Counted from the first letter of the stretch, positions 10,055 through 22,185 are shown. The stretch is DNA of 64,000 nucleotides from Spirochaetia bacterium (GCA_963666985.2 CAXXIA010000002.1:1056001-1120000), one strand, 5' to 3'. Translations and numbers: made by a program. The notes: a model not told the origin generated them from the sequence alone.

Positions 10055-13000
10055 CTACAACAAGCCCGCTCTCAATCCGAACGAGAAGGAAAAGTACGGT
10101 TTGGTATCCACATCGGAAGAGAAAAACCAAAGCCTTCCTTCCGCGTACGGTGCCACATAGGTGAAAAAATCGCGGTTGAGAAATTCGATTTTGGGGGATT
10201 TCGGCCTGCACCACCACGGAGGACATCACTCCGCCCTGCTCATCACCGAACTTGGAGAAATAAGTGAAGTTGGCGCCGACGGCCAGAGAGAGCGATAAGG
10301 CCTCCCATTTCGGTCCCCAATAATACCCGAGCGGCAGGTAAACGATGTTGGCCAGAATGGTGGCCCCGATCGCATTGCCCGAAACACGCGCTTTTTCCAA
10401 GCTTCCGTTAACTTTTACAAGTTCGGGCGACCATCCGTACGAGATGGCGATCTTAACGTTCTCATCGAAGAATGTCGCGCCGATGCCCGTTGTAAACCAG
10501 GTTGCTCCAAGAACGGTGGCATCGATGTACATTCCCTGTACAAACGAGGGAACTTCATATCGTCCATGCCCGCCGGGCCGAACGGTGATATCGACATCAT
10601 TCAGGCTGCGATCGTCTCCGGCGGACCCGGTTAATGTGATTTCACCGTTGAATCGGCTGTCGGCTATCGATTGATTCACCTTCAAATCAGGCAGGGTTTT
10701 ATCCAATCGCAGAAGAGTGCGGGTGTAGGTCCAGCCGTCGGGAAAAAGAGCACGGACCAGAACGGCCAAGTCGCCTTCGCCCATTTCCCCTGTTTCAATA
10801 AGGAATTCCCACTCATCGGTTCCTTTGGCTTTTTCAAAGGTGAGACCGCCGTCGATGCTGACTTCAACACGTTCCGGTTTATTCTCCTTAAGAGCCCGCT
10901 TATACTCCTTGAAGGCGTCTTTATCCTCTTCGGAAGGGGAATCCGCCGCCTGATATCCGGAACGTCCCTTAAGCACGGGACGATTCCCTACGGCCATTCC
11001 GGGCGGGAATCCGTCGATAAGAACCCATGAGCCCAAAGAATCATAGGTGAAGGTTCGAGCGGCCCCGTTGGAAATTTCACCGCCTTCGACGGTTACGTCG
11101 GTCCGGAATTCATGCGACCCGGCGGAGAGTTCTCCGGGAGAGAACTCCCGAACGAACCGGCCCCGCTCGTCCAGTTCCAGAATACCGGCGTCGCTTCCGT
11201 CGATAAAAAGCGTTACTCTATCGGATTCGCGGGCCTCGGGAACGAAGCCTGTGAGTGTAAATCGGGGGCCTTCCTCTCCGCCTTCAACAGGCAAAGTAAT
11301 GAAGGCTTCGACATTTCGGCGGCCAGGTTCGATGCTGAAAGAACGGCTCACCGCCGAAATGTTTCCGGCGATATCCACGGCTTCAACCCTTAAGAGAACT
11401 TCGCCGGCTTCCAAACCTGTAAACTCGAAAGGAATGTGGAAGATACCGTCGTGCAGATCCTCATAAGAGATAAGGCTTTCACCGTTACGCTCTATAAGGG
11501 CCCTGAAACTCCGAAGTCCCCCATCGTCCCGAACGCGTCCCTCAAGAATCATGGAGCCGGTCTGAAGGCTGCCTTCCAGGGGATCGCCCACGGCCAAAAG
11601 AGGCGGTTCATTGTCCGATTCCAAAAGGCCGGCCAACAGGGCCTCATCCCCGGCTCCGTCGATGACTTTAATAAGAAGAGTGTGGATACCGTCGTCCAGA
11701 ACTCCCGTATCCAAGGCATAGCGCCACCGCACGGGTTCATCGCGGATAACGGGCATCACGAGCGGCTCTTGAGCGCCCTCTCCGCCTTCCGCGCCGCCTT
11801 CGGTATTTGCGGCACCGGCGGCATCCGCGGCGGGCCGCTCATTCTCGGCAGTGCCGTTTTCCGTTCCGGCCGAACTTTCGCCTTCCCCTTCAATCCCGGC
11901 CTCCGTTTCTTTTCCGCCGCCGGAAAGTTCAAAGTCGGTAGCTCCTTGAGCAAGAGAATAAGTATGGCCGTTGTCGAACGATACCCAAACCTCCGCGATG
12001 CCGTTGGCATCCGAGGCCGTTCCGGAAATCTCCGAAACGCCGCGGGCTCGTGGTTCCCACTTCCGGAGTAAGCAGGACTACATCGGCTTCCCGACGCGTT
12101 ACGGAAAACCAGGCACCATCGACGTCTCCGATATTCCCGGCCGTATCCGCGGCATAGGCTTCGACGTAATGAGATCCGTCTTCCAGCGAATCGAGGGGAA
12201 GAGGTTCGGTAAAGGAGAATCCGCCGGCGAGTTTCTTCCACTCTCCGCCGTTAATGCGCCAATAGACCGCCTCGACGGCATCGTCGTCCATAACCAGACC
12301 GGCCAGGTCCGTCGGTCCCCGAACAACCGAATCGGCCGCGGGTGTTTGTATCTTCGTAACGGGTTTATCCGAAACAGGATCGTACTGAAGAGTCGGAATT
12401 TGTTCGGTGATATTACCGGCCCGGTCCACCGCACGAACCGAAAGGGTTTCCGGAAGGGCCTCAAAACCGGCCAGATTCAGCGAAAGGGCATAAAGGGCTT
12501 CCGGCCGGGCGGTTATGCGGTTCTCGCCGTCCACGGTCATGGAAACTTCAACCGGCATATCTTCACTCGGAACCGCATAAATCAATGTGCTTCGGGCACC
12601 CACATGTCCGTTTGAAGGCGAAATGTACTGTTCCAGCCGCGGAGAGGTGGTATCGATCATAACCGGCAGCTCGTATTCCGAAGCATTCCCGGAGGCATCA
12701 ACCGCTCTGAGAACAAGAATCGCCGGACCTTCGGGGCGTTTTGTACAATCGGCCTCGAAGCCGAAGGAATAACGGCCGCCGCCCTCTTCGGTCAGTTCAA
12801 CGGCCGACGGAGAACCGCCTTTCAGCGACCAGGAAGCCGAATCGATACCCGCCGCGTCCCGAACGGTTCCCGAAACCGAAAGCATTCCGGATGTCCAGGC
12901 CCCGGCTCCGGGGCTCTCGACGGCCCAAGAGGGCCCTTCGTGGTCGGTAAGCACGATGATGCTCGACGTTTTCGAACCGTCGGCGAACACAACTTCAAAG

Positions 13001-15030
13001 GGCTCGGTTAATCCCGGAGCGGCATGTTCAATGGTAAAAGAGGTTCCGGAACTTCGAAGCCGGACGAATGGAGTTTCGGGAACAATCCGGGCACCCGCGG
13101 CTGAAGCGCCGGAAGTCCAGCCCTGCAGGGGCTGTCCCGGCCTGAGGATTGCCGCTCCGTCACCATTACGAAGGGCGGGAAGCGGCAGATTAACCGCATC
13201 ATCGCCCCGCCGGGGATCGGGAGAAAGCCCTTCATCGTCGGGGGCCGCCTGGATATAGAATCCGGAGCCCAGAACGGATTCACCGCCGAACCCATCGGCC
13301 GCTTTAAGGATGAAATTGAACGGTCCGGGCGTACTTCCCTTTTTAACGGTGAATTGAAAAGTCCGGTGCGCCGGATTCTCGGCATCGGCCTTCAAAGGCA
13401 GTTCGATCTCCTCGCCTCCGGGAGGGGTATAGAAGAGAGTCAAATCCCGACCGGATTCGGAAACCACCGTTCCTCCGACGGCCGCACCGGCCGAGGAAAC
13501 GACAGCGCCCGGATTCCAGGGATTTTCATTCTCCTTCGCGGCATCACGGAGAGTCTTCAGCGTAATAAGAGGCGCCGGAGGAGCCACCTTGAAAACCGCG
13601 GTTATAGGATTACCGGCGATACCGTTGCCATCCTCGGGCGTCAGCGATACTTCAATTTCACCGACCGGCAGATCCGGCAGATCCAGCCGCCAGGAACGCT
13701 CAACCTCGATTCGTCCCTCGTTCTCTCCGTCGCTCCAGATAATGGCTCCCGGACCGTCGTCATCGGTAAAAACACCGGTCAGATAGGCTTTTCCTTTTGG
13801 AAAAATCACCGATTGACCGCCCTCAAGCGGACCTTTTCCGCTTTTATTCGAATCGCCGGATGAAAATCCGTCTATGGAAAGCAAAGGCCGGTCGGCTTCG
13901 GCATCAAGGGGAATCTCCGATTCCAGATAGGAGACATTACCGGCGCCGTCCGTCGCGCTGATGACGATCGAAGCCTTTTTATCCTTAATGCCCGAAAGAT
14001 CCAGCGGGAAAGTCCACCAGGGATTGCCCTGTTCCAAAGGGATTTCCATGAAATCTTCTTTCCCTATTCCAACGCTCAGCGACACGACTCCGGAAAGATC
14101 GGAAGCGGTTCCCGCCAGAAAAACATTCCCGGGTACGGGAATCAGGCCGTCTTCGCCTTCCTCCGGAAGCTTTAAAACCACCTCCGGCCCGATATTATCC
14201 ACAAAGAAAAGAAAGGGCACGGAGGAAAGGCTCCCCTGTCCGTCGACGGCGCGAAGCCACCACACCACGGGGCCGTCTTCCATATCGCGGCTGTCCAGAT
14301 CAATGGAAAAATCGGCGGTTCCCAAGTCTTTATTTTTCGAAAACTTCACTTGCTCCCACTCATCGCCGCCGTCTCTGGAGAGTTCAAGTGCTTCAATCCC
14401 GTTGGGATCTTCAAAAACGCCCGCGAATGCCGTCTTTCCGGCAATAACGCTCCCCGAACCCGGTTCGGCAACGCCTCCGACGGGCGCCGATGTATCGACG
14501 ATGAACGGAACAACCGTTACGGGGCTTTCGATACCGTTGATATCAACAGAGCGAACCGACATGTATTGGGGGCCGTCGCCCAGGGAACCGGCATCGAGAA
14601 CAGCCGACCAGGCCTCCGCGCCTGAAGCCGGCCGCCAGGCTCCTTCATTAATGCTCACCTCCACGCGGGCGATGCCGTCGTCGTCTTTCGCGGTTCCGAT
14701 GATGGGCAGCATTCGCCCCACACGGTCGCCGCTTATCGGGTGGGCCACGGACACGGAAGGGATGTCGGTTTCGGGATCGACGTGAAAGTCGTACGGTCCC
14801 TCCATCCGAATATTCCCCGCCTCATCCAGAGCACGTATCATAAGGTTGTATTTGCCTTCTTCAAGCTCTTCCAAATCCACCGTATGGGTCCAGTACGAGT
14901 TTCCCGAAACGGATTCGGAAGGATACTCATCTCCCTTTCCCCCGGCAAAGAGGGAAGAGAACGCGCCGAACATCAATACGGACAGCGGAGCAATTCGGCA
15001 GCGGGTAATTAAACGTTTATTTTTAATCAT
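10055..15030 (-). CDS. Large secreted Ig-like-repeat protein with C-terminal outer-membrane beta-barrel (~1657 aa after repairing two apparent +1 frameshifts at ~12045 and ~10195)
   Basis: Signal peptide ending LFA-GGKGD; repeated P...G.A.D..G...V...W...D...L..G...RA.D..GN units. The repaired C-terminus has alternating hydrophobic strands and ends ...PYFSFSFGLRAGLL-stop (TAG at 10055-10057). Confidence 0.8.
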
Positions 15031-15060
15031 TTTTCTTTCCTTTTTTTCTTTGCCGGAAGA

Positions 15061-18000
15061 TTATTCCTGCCTCAGCCAGACATAATTATAGGTCCCCGAC
15101 TGATAACCGATGGCCATGGAGTAATTCACCCCGCCGAGATTCACCGGTTTCCCCACGGCGGAGATTCTTTTATCTTCGATGGTATCCAGCAGAGGAACGG
15201 TTCCGTGTTCCCATTCACCGTCGTCGCGGAGAATGGCGAATTTCAATCCCTGGAACGTTCCGACATTGGAAGAATTCAGATATCCGATAACAGGACGATA
15301 AACATCGTCGCCGTTCCCGTATGTTCCATCGACCGGATCATGGAACAGATCCATATCGGCATAGGCCCCCATGTTTCCATCCGTATCAACCGATTCGAAG
15401 GTATCGAAGCTATAGACATTGCCCGTTCCCGGATCGGGAGCGGAATAGTACATCAAATCACCCGAGGAAACCTTGTAAGCCGTGATATGAATCCGTCCGT
15501 TCGGATCAATGCGCACACTGGGGTATTTTCCGACATAGCTGTTGTTGGACAAAACGGCCTGATCCACCCAGTCTCCCCCGGTTGCCGAATGAGATGTTGG
15601 GTTATTCGTCGTGGCCCGGATCAGACGAAGCGTGGAATTACCCGTATCGTAGTAAACAATGACCGGATTCCCGGAGTTATCCACGGTAATATCGCTGTAC
15701 AAACCATAGTCCGAACTGTCGGTGGACGATTCGGTTCCGACGATAATATTCCGGTCCTCAACACCGGAAAAGTAGCCGGTATTATCGCGGAGATATTCCT
15801 GATTGTTCGTACCGCTGCCGGCATTGCCGCTTAATGTCGTAACAAAGGTAATATTGTAGATACTCCCGTTGTCGTAGAAATGGGCGTATTTAAGCGCCTT
15901 TGAGTAATTATCGTAGTAGCTGACGTGAATATCCGTCGCGCCATCACCGCCTGTGGCGAAAACCCGGGGATTCTGATACTGCCAGAGCCGTTCTTCTTCG
16001 TAAAAGCGTTCAATTTCTTCCAGCTTGACGCCGTTCACCGTATTTCCGTACGGATAACGCGTACCGCCGTTTGTCGTATTCCAGGGATCGGCATGGTCTC
16101 CCCAAAGAACCAATCCGCCGGCACCGTCGTCCCAAGATCCGCCTCCGTAGAAGTTCGCCAAATAAACGACATACGGACTTCCGCTGTCGTTCATGCTGAT
16201 GTCCGTATATTCGGAAGGATCGTAAATCCGGAAAATTCCGGCATCGGACACGCTGTCGTTGTAGGAAGATCCTTCATTGGAAACATAAACCCTGGCGGAA
16301 CTGTATTCGGAGAAGGAAGACCATAAAGAACCGTCGGAAGGATCGACATCCATGGCGCCCCAGACGGCTTCCGAGGAGTCCGCCATCTCGTTGTCCTCAA
16401 CATCCCAAACCAGCAGATACCTGTCGTCGGTCCATTCACCGTCGCCGGACCAAGTATCGTCGCTCGAATCGTTCTCGTTAAAATTACCGTAGTAATTCAT
16501 CAAAGGAATGCCGTTGGTCCGCATGGTCAGCCAGCCGGAATGAACAATTCCGGACGCCTGAACTTCAGCCTCGGTTCTATCGGCCGATATCGACGAGACG
16601 GAAAAAGAAGTATAGCTTCCGCTCAAATCGGGTTCGCCTGCGGATGTTCCGACCAGAGTAACGGTATTCCCGAGATTGAATCCGGAAAGGATAAGATACG
16701 CTTCTTCCTGAATAGGCCAGCTTCCGTAACGGGTTCGAAGCACCTCCGCGGAAGAGGTATATGAAGAATTACTGATAACGATGTCGGAAATGAAGGGCAT
16801 CACGTCCATGGTGTAATTATCCGAAGTGGAATCATTCACGGGCGTGTTTGAATTGCTCGATTTATCCGTTGTAACGGCGGTAACGCGGATATCATCTCCC
16901 GCGCCGTTTGAAATGGCCGCCGTATCGAATTCGAAGCTCCAGGAAACGACGTGCCCGGCGCTCTCTCCGTAGCTTTCGCTGGAGATATTGGGAGTACCGA
17001 CGATTCCGCCGGCCGCGACCAGTCCTCCGAATCCGCCGTTGGCCGACGCATCCCACTCGAGAATAACAAAGGCGTTCCCAATTCCCAAACCTCCGTTGTA
17101 GCCGGCGATGGTCAATTCCACTTCATGAAGAGCCTTATCGTCGGATGCGATACCGGAAACAATAACCGTTCCCGAGACATCGGCATCATCTCCATCGTAA
17201 TCGCTTGAATCGACGGGATGGAGACGTCCCTGAGCGCCGCTCCATTGGGGAGTTCCCGAAGGGACGTAGCCCCGAATGGGATAACCGTAGTTATCGCTTC
17301 CGCCTGCGGCGGCGATTATGGAGCTGTAATCAAGGTTTAAAGGATTCAATGTTACCGTCGGATCGGTGGTATCGCTGTTGTCCAGACCGATAAGGAATTC
17401 CACCTCGTCCGACAATCCGGCATCGTCGGTTATCCGAAGGGTATAGGAAACATCATTTTCATCGGGCATGGAAGAAAAATCCGTTATTGTCGCGGAATCC
17501 ACTCCCACTCCAAGAAGATTGCTTCCGCTTCCTTTGTAGAGGAGTTCCCATGTCCAGTCCGCGGCGGTTCCGTTGCCGGTTCCCGAAACCGCGTCCGCAT
17601 CAATGTACAAACGGCCGTTCCGGCAGGTTATTCCCGTAACAGAAGAATCAAAATCCCGATAATAAACTCCCGAACCGTCGGTTCCCGTACCGTCGATATA
17701 GCGGAAACTTTCACCGCTGCCGACCGCTGTATCCACCGTCGTGGTATAGTTAACATCCGTGCCGAGAACCACCGATTCGATGACGGGAGGATTGTTTTCT
17801 ATCCGGGCGGCCTGAGTGTAATGGGTCATGTTGCCGGCCTCGTCCACGACGACATAGTGAATGGTGATATCCCCGTCCGGAATATTCTCGGAATTAAAAT
17901 TAACCCACCAGCTCCAGGTACTCTCCGAAAGAGTCATGGATTCGTCGTATCCGTCGCCGTCGCCGGAAGCGGAATCATCTCCGCCTTCATAAATATCGTC

Positions 18001-20916
18001 GATGATGATAAGACCCGGCAAAGGCGTGGAATCATCGCCGTCATCGTCGGCGGGATAATAGAGGCCGCTTCCGAATGTCGTTTCTTCGGTTGCGATGTCC
18101 GGAGTGGCGGGATTCGTGTAGGAATAAGCGCTTTGAGGATCGTAAAGCAGTCCGAGCCGTTCCAGATACACTTCAATCCGGTCGATGCCGGCGATCGATC
18201 CCACCAAATCCGCGGCGGTTCCCTGAAGAGTGGCATCCGTACCGCTGAGAACAACATCGCCGGACGTTAAATACGTACCGGTCGGCGCGTTGTTGTCCAC
18301 GTTCAGAGGAAGAACTTCCTGAGTATTAAATCCCGTATCGTCGGTGGCTTTCATTCTTAAATAAAGAATGCCGTTTCCGCCGGATACGCGGGTTTCGGTA
18401 TTGATGCTCACAACAGGTGTTATGGAAGCCGCGGGAGTAATGGCCAGTGTTTCCCAGCTCACACCGTTGTCATAGCTCATCTCAACCTTATTGATTTTGC
18501 TGTTGTCGCTGACATCGGCGGTCAGAATAACGGTTCCGGAAATATAATCGTTGGCCGAAGCCCCTACACCGTCGATGAGGACATTCTCGATGTGGGGAAG
18601 AGTATCATCAAGTCGGAAATGAAGAATCTGTTCTTCGCTGAGTACCGCCGAATTCTCCGGATCTTCCGCCCAAACCTTTACGTAGATATCGCCGTTATGA
18701 CCGCCGCCCATATCGTAGAGTTCACCTGTGGAATTCAGCGAGAAAGACCAGCTGGAAAGTCCGTGAACCTGATAACCGACGGTTTCATCAATATTGTAGA
18801 CCGTATTGGTACCGTCGAAAACGATACCGTCGGTCAAGGCATGGTAGCCGGCGAAATCCGGATCTTCACCGGTAAGAGTATCCAGATCAACCTGAGCATA
18901 CACTGCGGCAACCGTGCCGTCGTCATCGGTGGCGATACCCGAAACGGTTACCTCGCCTCCGTAGGATTCGCCTTCGGCGGGATAGATGATGGAAACTTCC
19001 GGTCTGTCGCGCGCGTTATCAATAAACAGAGAATAACCGGAGGTAACGGTGATATTACCGGCTTTATCCTCGGCGGTAACCGTTATGGGGAGTTCCCAGA
19101 TTCCCGATCCGGACGGATTTTCCGTGGCGATGGGACTGTATTCGAATTCGGTCGTTACGATGGAATGGCTGAAACTGTAGATATCATCCTCATCCACCCC
19201 ATAAACCAGGCCGTTACCGGGATTGCCGATTTCATAGGAAACCGTATCGAGAGAGTTGTCGCTGACCGAAACTCTTAATTTCACGACACCGTTCACATCG
19301 CTTCCGTCGTCGGGAGTCAGGAATTCCACCTCGGGTGAAAGCCGATCCATGATGAAGCTGTTGTTCGTTCTCGTCGTGCTGCTTCCGGCCGTGGCCGCGA
19401 CTGTAACGTTAACGGTTTCATAATCTCCGATGGCGCCGTACAGCGCTTCATAATCGGAAATGACGTAACTCCAGCTTTGATCGTTTCCATCACCGGTATA
19501 CGTACCGACCGTGACATATTCGTCATCGTTCAGACTGATCCGTACGGTAATATCCTCCGTATCGTTCACGATGCCCTCAATCACCTCGGACGAAGAGGAA
19601 ATGTAGGAACCGAGCGCGGGTGAAGTGATTTCCACCACGGGAGCATTACTGTCCAAAACAAACGGGATGACATCGGTTGTGTATTCATTCGGAGTGGGAG
19701 AATTTTCATCCTCGGCCCGGATTTCAAACGAATACTCATCATCCGCGGAAAAAACGGGGAGAGTCTGTGAAAAATTGTAGTTCTTGTCGTTGATATACTG
19801 ATAAGAGGTTACGGCCGTCCAGGTACTTAACGCCGCATCGGCTCCGGTTAACTCATTACCGGCCGAATCAAGGAAGCGGATTTCGATGGAATCGGGATTC
19901 ACCGAAACGTTATCGCTTACGGTTCCGTTGATTTTGGATGTGGGTCCGAGAGTGTCTCCCGGAGAGGCGGCGTTGGGATTCGGATTGTTCACAGTTATTT
20001 CCGGGATATCCAGAGTCATATCCACATCAACGGCGAGGCCTGAATTCACGCCGTCATAAAGGAGTGAAAGCCTTCGGCTTCCCGATGGCAGTTCATACCC
20101 GAGGTCGGTGCTCATCAAATCTTCGGGAGTAATGGTTAAGTCGCTGATAAGGCTGTCGTCATCACCATCCTCGTACGAATATAAATTGTACAAATCGATA
20201 ACGGTAATGGAGCTTCCGCCGTTTACGTATTTCAGATCCACCGAATGAAAAATATGCGAACTGGTATTCCCGGCTTTATCTTTCGCCGTGATGGTAATGT
20301 TATATGTACCCGAAGAAGAATGGCTAACCGTAAAATACCAGCTGTCACTGGTTCCGAGATTTTCCGTAATCGTCGGACCGGAAGGACCGGAAATCGTCGC
20401 GGTTACCGAGTCAAGACGAAGAGGATCGTAAGCTTCGCCTTTAACGGCGAAAGATGTCGTATCCTGAGGGCTGGAGAGTTCCGGTGATGTAACCATCAGA
20501 ACAGGCTCCGTATTATCGAAGTAGAGAAGAAGCTGCTTTTCGGTTATTTTGCCGTCTCCGTCACGAAGATAAACAACGATATCCTTATCACCGTCTCCGC
20601 CGTAGGCTTCATCCTCGGTATCAACTTCGATTTCCCAGGAACCGTCGCTGTTTATAACCCCCGAGACTAGTTCATCATTGATAACGGCCCAAACGGCGTT
20701 GGCTTCTTTATCGTCTTCTATGGTTCCTTCGAGAGTAATAACGCCCCGAACATAATCGCCGTTGGTAATGCTTGTGATGTCGCCTTCGGGAGGCGTAACA
20801 TCAACTCTGCCTCCGAGACCGACAAGAGAATTCTTGCATCCGGAGACCGTCAGGAACGTTATTAATCCGACACATAAAAGGAAATATTCAGCATAATGAA
20901 AATTCTTCTTTGTCAT
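15061..20916 (-). CDS. Giant (~1950 aa) acidic lipoprotein with tandem Ig-like repeats and a probable C-terminal beta-propeller
   Basis: Lipobox-like FLTVSG-C followed by KNSLVGLGGRVD; repeated D..P.V.I.SP...G...D units; C-terminal blades IHVSYYD..LKYA, PVIVYYD..LRLI, GKYPSVRID..RIHITAY. ATG 20916 preferred over TTG 20964. Confidence 0.82.
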   Translation of the reverse strand: MTKKNFHYAEYFLLCVGLITFLTVSGCKNSLVGLGGRVDVTPPEGDITSITNGDYVRGVITLEGTIEDDKEANAVWAVINDELVSGVINSDGSWEIEVDTEDEAYGGDGDKDIVVYLRDGDGKITEKQLLLYFDNTEPVLMVTSPELSSPQDTTSFAVKGEAYDPLRLDSVTATISGPSGPTITENLGTSDSWYFTVSHSSSGTYNITITAKDKAGNTSSHIFHSVDLKYVNGGSSITVIDLYNLYSYEDGDDDSLISDLTITPEDLMSTDLGYELPSGSRRLSLLYDGVNSGLAVDVDMTLDIPEITVNNPNPNAASPGDTLGPTSKINGTVSDNVSVNPDSIEIRFLDSAGNELTGADAALSTWTAVTSYQYINDKNYNFSQTLPVFSADDEYSFEIRAEDENSPTPNEYTTDVIPFVLDSNAPVVEITSPALGSYISSSSEVIEGIVNDTEDITVRISLNDDEYVTVGTYTGDGNDQSWSYVISDYEALYGAIGDYETVNVTVAATAGSSTTRTNNSFIMDRLSPEVEFLTPDDGSDVNGVVKLRVSVSDNSLDTVSYEIGNPGNGLVYGVDEDDIYSFSHSIVTTEFEYSPIATENPSGSGIWELPITVTAEDKAGNITVTSGYSLFIDNARDRPEVSIIYPAEGESYGGEVTVSGIATDDDGTVAAVYAQVDLDTLTGEDPDFAGYHALTDGIVFDGTNTVYNIDETVGYQVHGLSSWSFSLNSTGELYDMGGGHNGDIYVKVWAEDPENSAVLSEEQILHFRLDDTLPHIENVLIDGVGASANDYISGTVILTADVSDNSKINKVEMSYDNGVSWETLAITPAASITPVVSINTETRVSGGNGILYLRMKATDDTGFNTQEVLPLNVDNNAPTGTYLTSGDVVLSGTDATLQGTAADLVGSIAGIDRIEVYLERLGLLYDPQSAYSYTNPATPDIATEETTFGSGLYYPADDDGDDSTPLPGLIIIDDIYEGGDDSASGDGDGYDESMTLSESTWSWWVNFNSENIPDGDITIHYVVVDEAGNMTHYTQAARIENNPPVIESVVLGTDVNYTTTVDTAVGSGESFRYIDGTGTDGSGVYYRDFDSSVTGITCRNGRLYIDADAVSGTGNGTAADWTWELLYKGSGSNLLGVGVDSATITDFSSMPDENDVSYTLRITDDAGLSDEVEFLIGLDNSDTTDPTVTLNPLNLDYSSIIAAAGGSDNYGYPIRGYVPSGTPQWSGAQGRLHPVDSSDYDGDDADVSGTVIVSGIASDDKALHEVELTIAGYNGGLGIGNAFVILEWDASANGGFGGLVAAGGIVGTPNISSESYGESAGHVVSWSFEFDTAAISNGAGDDIRVTAVTTDKSSNSNTPVNDSTSDNYTMDVMPFISDIVISNSSYTSSAEVLRTRYGSWPIQEEAYLILSGFNLGNTVTLVGTSAGEPDLSGSYTSFSVSSISADRTEAEVQASGIVHSGWLTMRTNGIPLMNYYGNFNENDSSDDTWSGDGEWTDDRYLLVWDVEDNEMADSSEAVWGAMDVDPSDGSLWSSFSEYSSARVYVSNEGSSYNDSVSDAGIFRIYDPSEYTDISMNDSGSPYVVYLANFYGGGSWDDGAGGLVLWGDHADPWNTTNGGTRYPYGNTVNGVKLEEIERFYEEERLWQYQNPRVFATGGDGATDIHVSYYDNYSKALKYAHFYDNGSIYNITFVTTLSGNAGSGTNNQEYLRDNTGYFSGVEDRNIIVGTESSTDSSDYGLYSDITVDNSGNPVIVYYDTGNSTLRLIRATTNNPTSHSATGGDWVDQAVLSNNSYVGKYPSVRIDPNGRIHITAYKVSSGDLMYYSAPDPGTGNVYSFDTFESVDTDGNMGAYADMDLFHDPVDGTYGNGDDVYRPVIGYLNSSNVGTFQGLKFAILRDDGEWEHGTVPLLDTIEDKRISAVGKPVNLGGVNYSMAIGYQSGTYNYVWLRQE

Positions 20917-21271
20917 CTGGACCACCACCTTGGAGCCGACGCCGAACGCCGTAAAATATTTCAAATACGGAACCCATAGGGCCCGACCTCATCATCCGGG
21001 CGAATTTCACCCATTAATGAATAAGCAAGACCTATTCCAAATTTCGGAATTCGAAAAATAAAATCTTAACTCTTTATATTATTTGAAATTAAAAGGATAC
21101 GCACTTTTCACTATTCATTTTTAAATCGGTGCCCCGTACTATGCTTATCGCATAGAGTTCTGTCGGCTATTTACTAAATGCTTCAACTATATAGATTTAA
21201 AGGTATCCGCCTTTTGAAAGATATGCATGACGCATAGAACAAACATCATTATACTTATTCCCGGAGAAATC

Positions 21272-21928
21272 ATGATTCGCAGAAAAACAGCATTAACCGT
21301 TTTCGTATTCTTCATCGCGGCTCTCGTGCCGCTCCATGCGTCTCCGGAACATCTTGTCGTCCGAACCTTCGGAGGCATGGAGCCCCTCGGCCGATTAACC
21401 GCCTCGGGGATGGGTTCTTTGGGAGCCGACCTCACTATGGATACGGGCTACGGTTTTTCACCCGGATTGGAACTGTATTTTCATCTGGGCGAAAGAGTTG
21501 AAATCGGCGCCGGATGCCGCTGGCAGCTTCTTCGGCGAGTCTACAGATCGGGAGGGGATTCGGACGAACAATTCGGATTTATTCCCGTTTATATAGCCAC
21601 CCGCGTTTTCATTACGGAAATGGACGATTTCCGTCTCTACGGCATCGCAAAAGCCGGTTACGATTTTTTTAGAACAACATCGGCCTTCAACGGGATTCTC
21701 GAGGCCTCGGACGGCGGACCCGTTCAATCGGTTTCCGGAGGAATCTACGCCGCGGCGGGGATCGGTATAAATTACACGATTAAAGAAAGACCGAAATGGG
21801 GCTTGGACTTCTCCACGGATGCCGCTTACGCCTTTTATGGAGCGCGGGGAACGGATACGAACGGCGATACATACCGTTTCCCGTATCAGGCCTTAACGGT
21901 CGATTTCGGGCTCGACTGGCGATTTTAA
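21272..21928 (+). CDS. Small outer-membrane beta-barrel protein
   Basis: Signal peptide ending LHA, amphipathic strands, C-terminal DFGLDWRF; SD GGAG before ATG 21272. Confidence 0.78.
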   Translation: MIRRKTALTVFVFFIAALVPLHASPEHLVVRTFGGMEPLGRLTASGMGSLGADLTMDTGYGFSPGLELYFHLGERVEIGAGCRWQLLRRVYRSGGDSDEQFGFIPVYIATRVFITEMDDFRLYGIAKAGYDFFRTTSAFNGILEASDGGPVQSVSGGIYAAAGIGINYTIKERPKWGLDFSTDAAYAFYGARGTDTNGDTYRFPYQALTVDFGLDWRF

Positions 21929-22049
21929 ACTTCCAACAAGCATTTTTATACACAAAACACCCCCGTGAATCGGCCTCTTAAGCCGATAATCCGAAGGATC
22001 GGCTATTGAAGCCGCCCCGAGCTTTCCACTATGATCATATTGCTCACAT

Positions 22050-22146
22050 TGGGGTTCCCGTTTCGAGTTGAAAGGCGTTTTCTTACACCTGCAGCGACAA
22101 GCGGAAATCCGATCTTGAGCACAATAAGCTTTTAGTCGCCGGGCGG
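22050..22146 (+). ncRNA. Candidate Na+-sensing riboswitch (DUF1646 / Na+-I-like motif) in the oadGAB leader
   Basis: Lies between a promoter (TTGAAG 22006, TATGAT 22030) and the oadG SD. Stems GCGAC/GTCGC and AAGC/GCTT enclose GATCTTGAGCACAATAA; a second hairpin is AGGCGT/ACACCT. Motif identity recalled from memory, not searched. Confidence 0.55.
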
Positions 22147-22185
22147 CGGTTCCGAACCGATGCGCGGCCTTAAGAGGAGACTCTG

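Noticed and set aside
11756..12241. Arg-rich 161-aa ORF
   Set aside because: Off-frame shadow created by the frameshift in the Ig/barrel gene.
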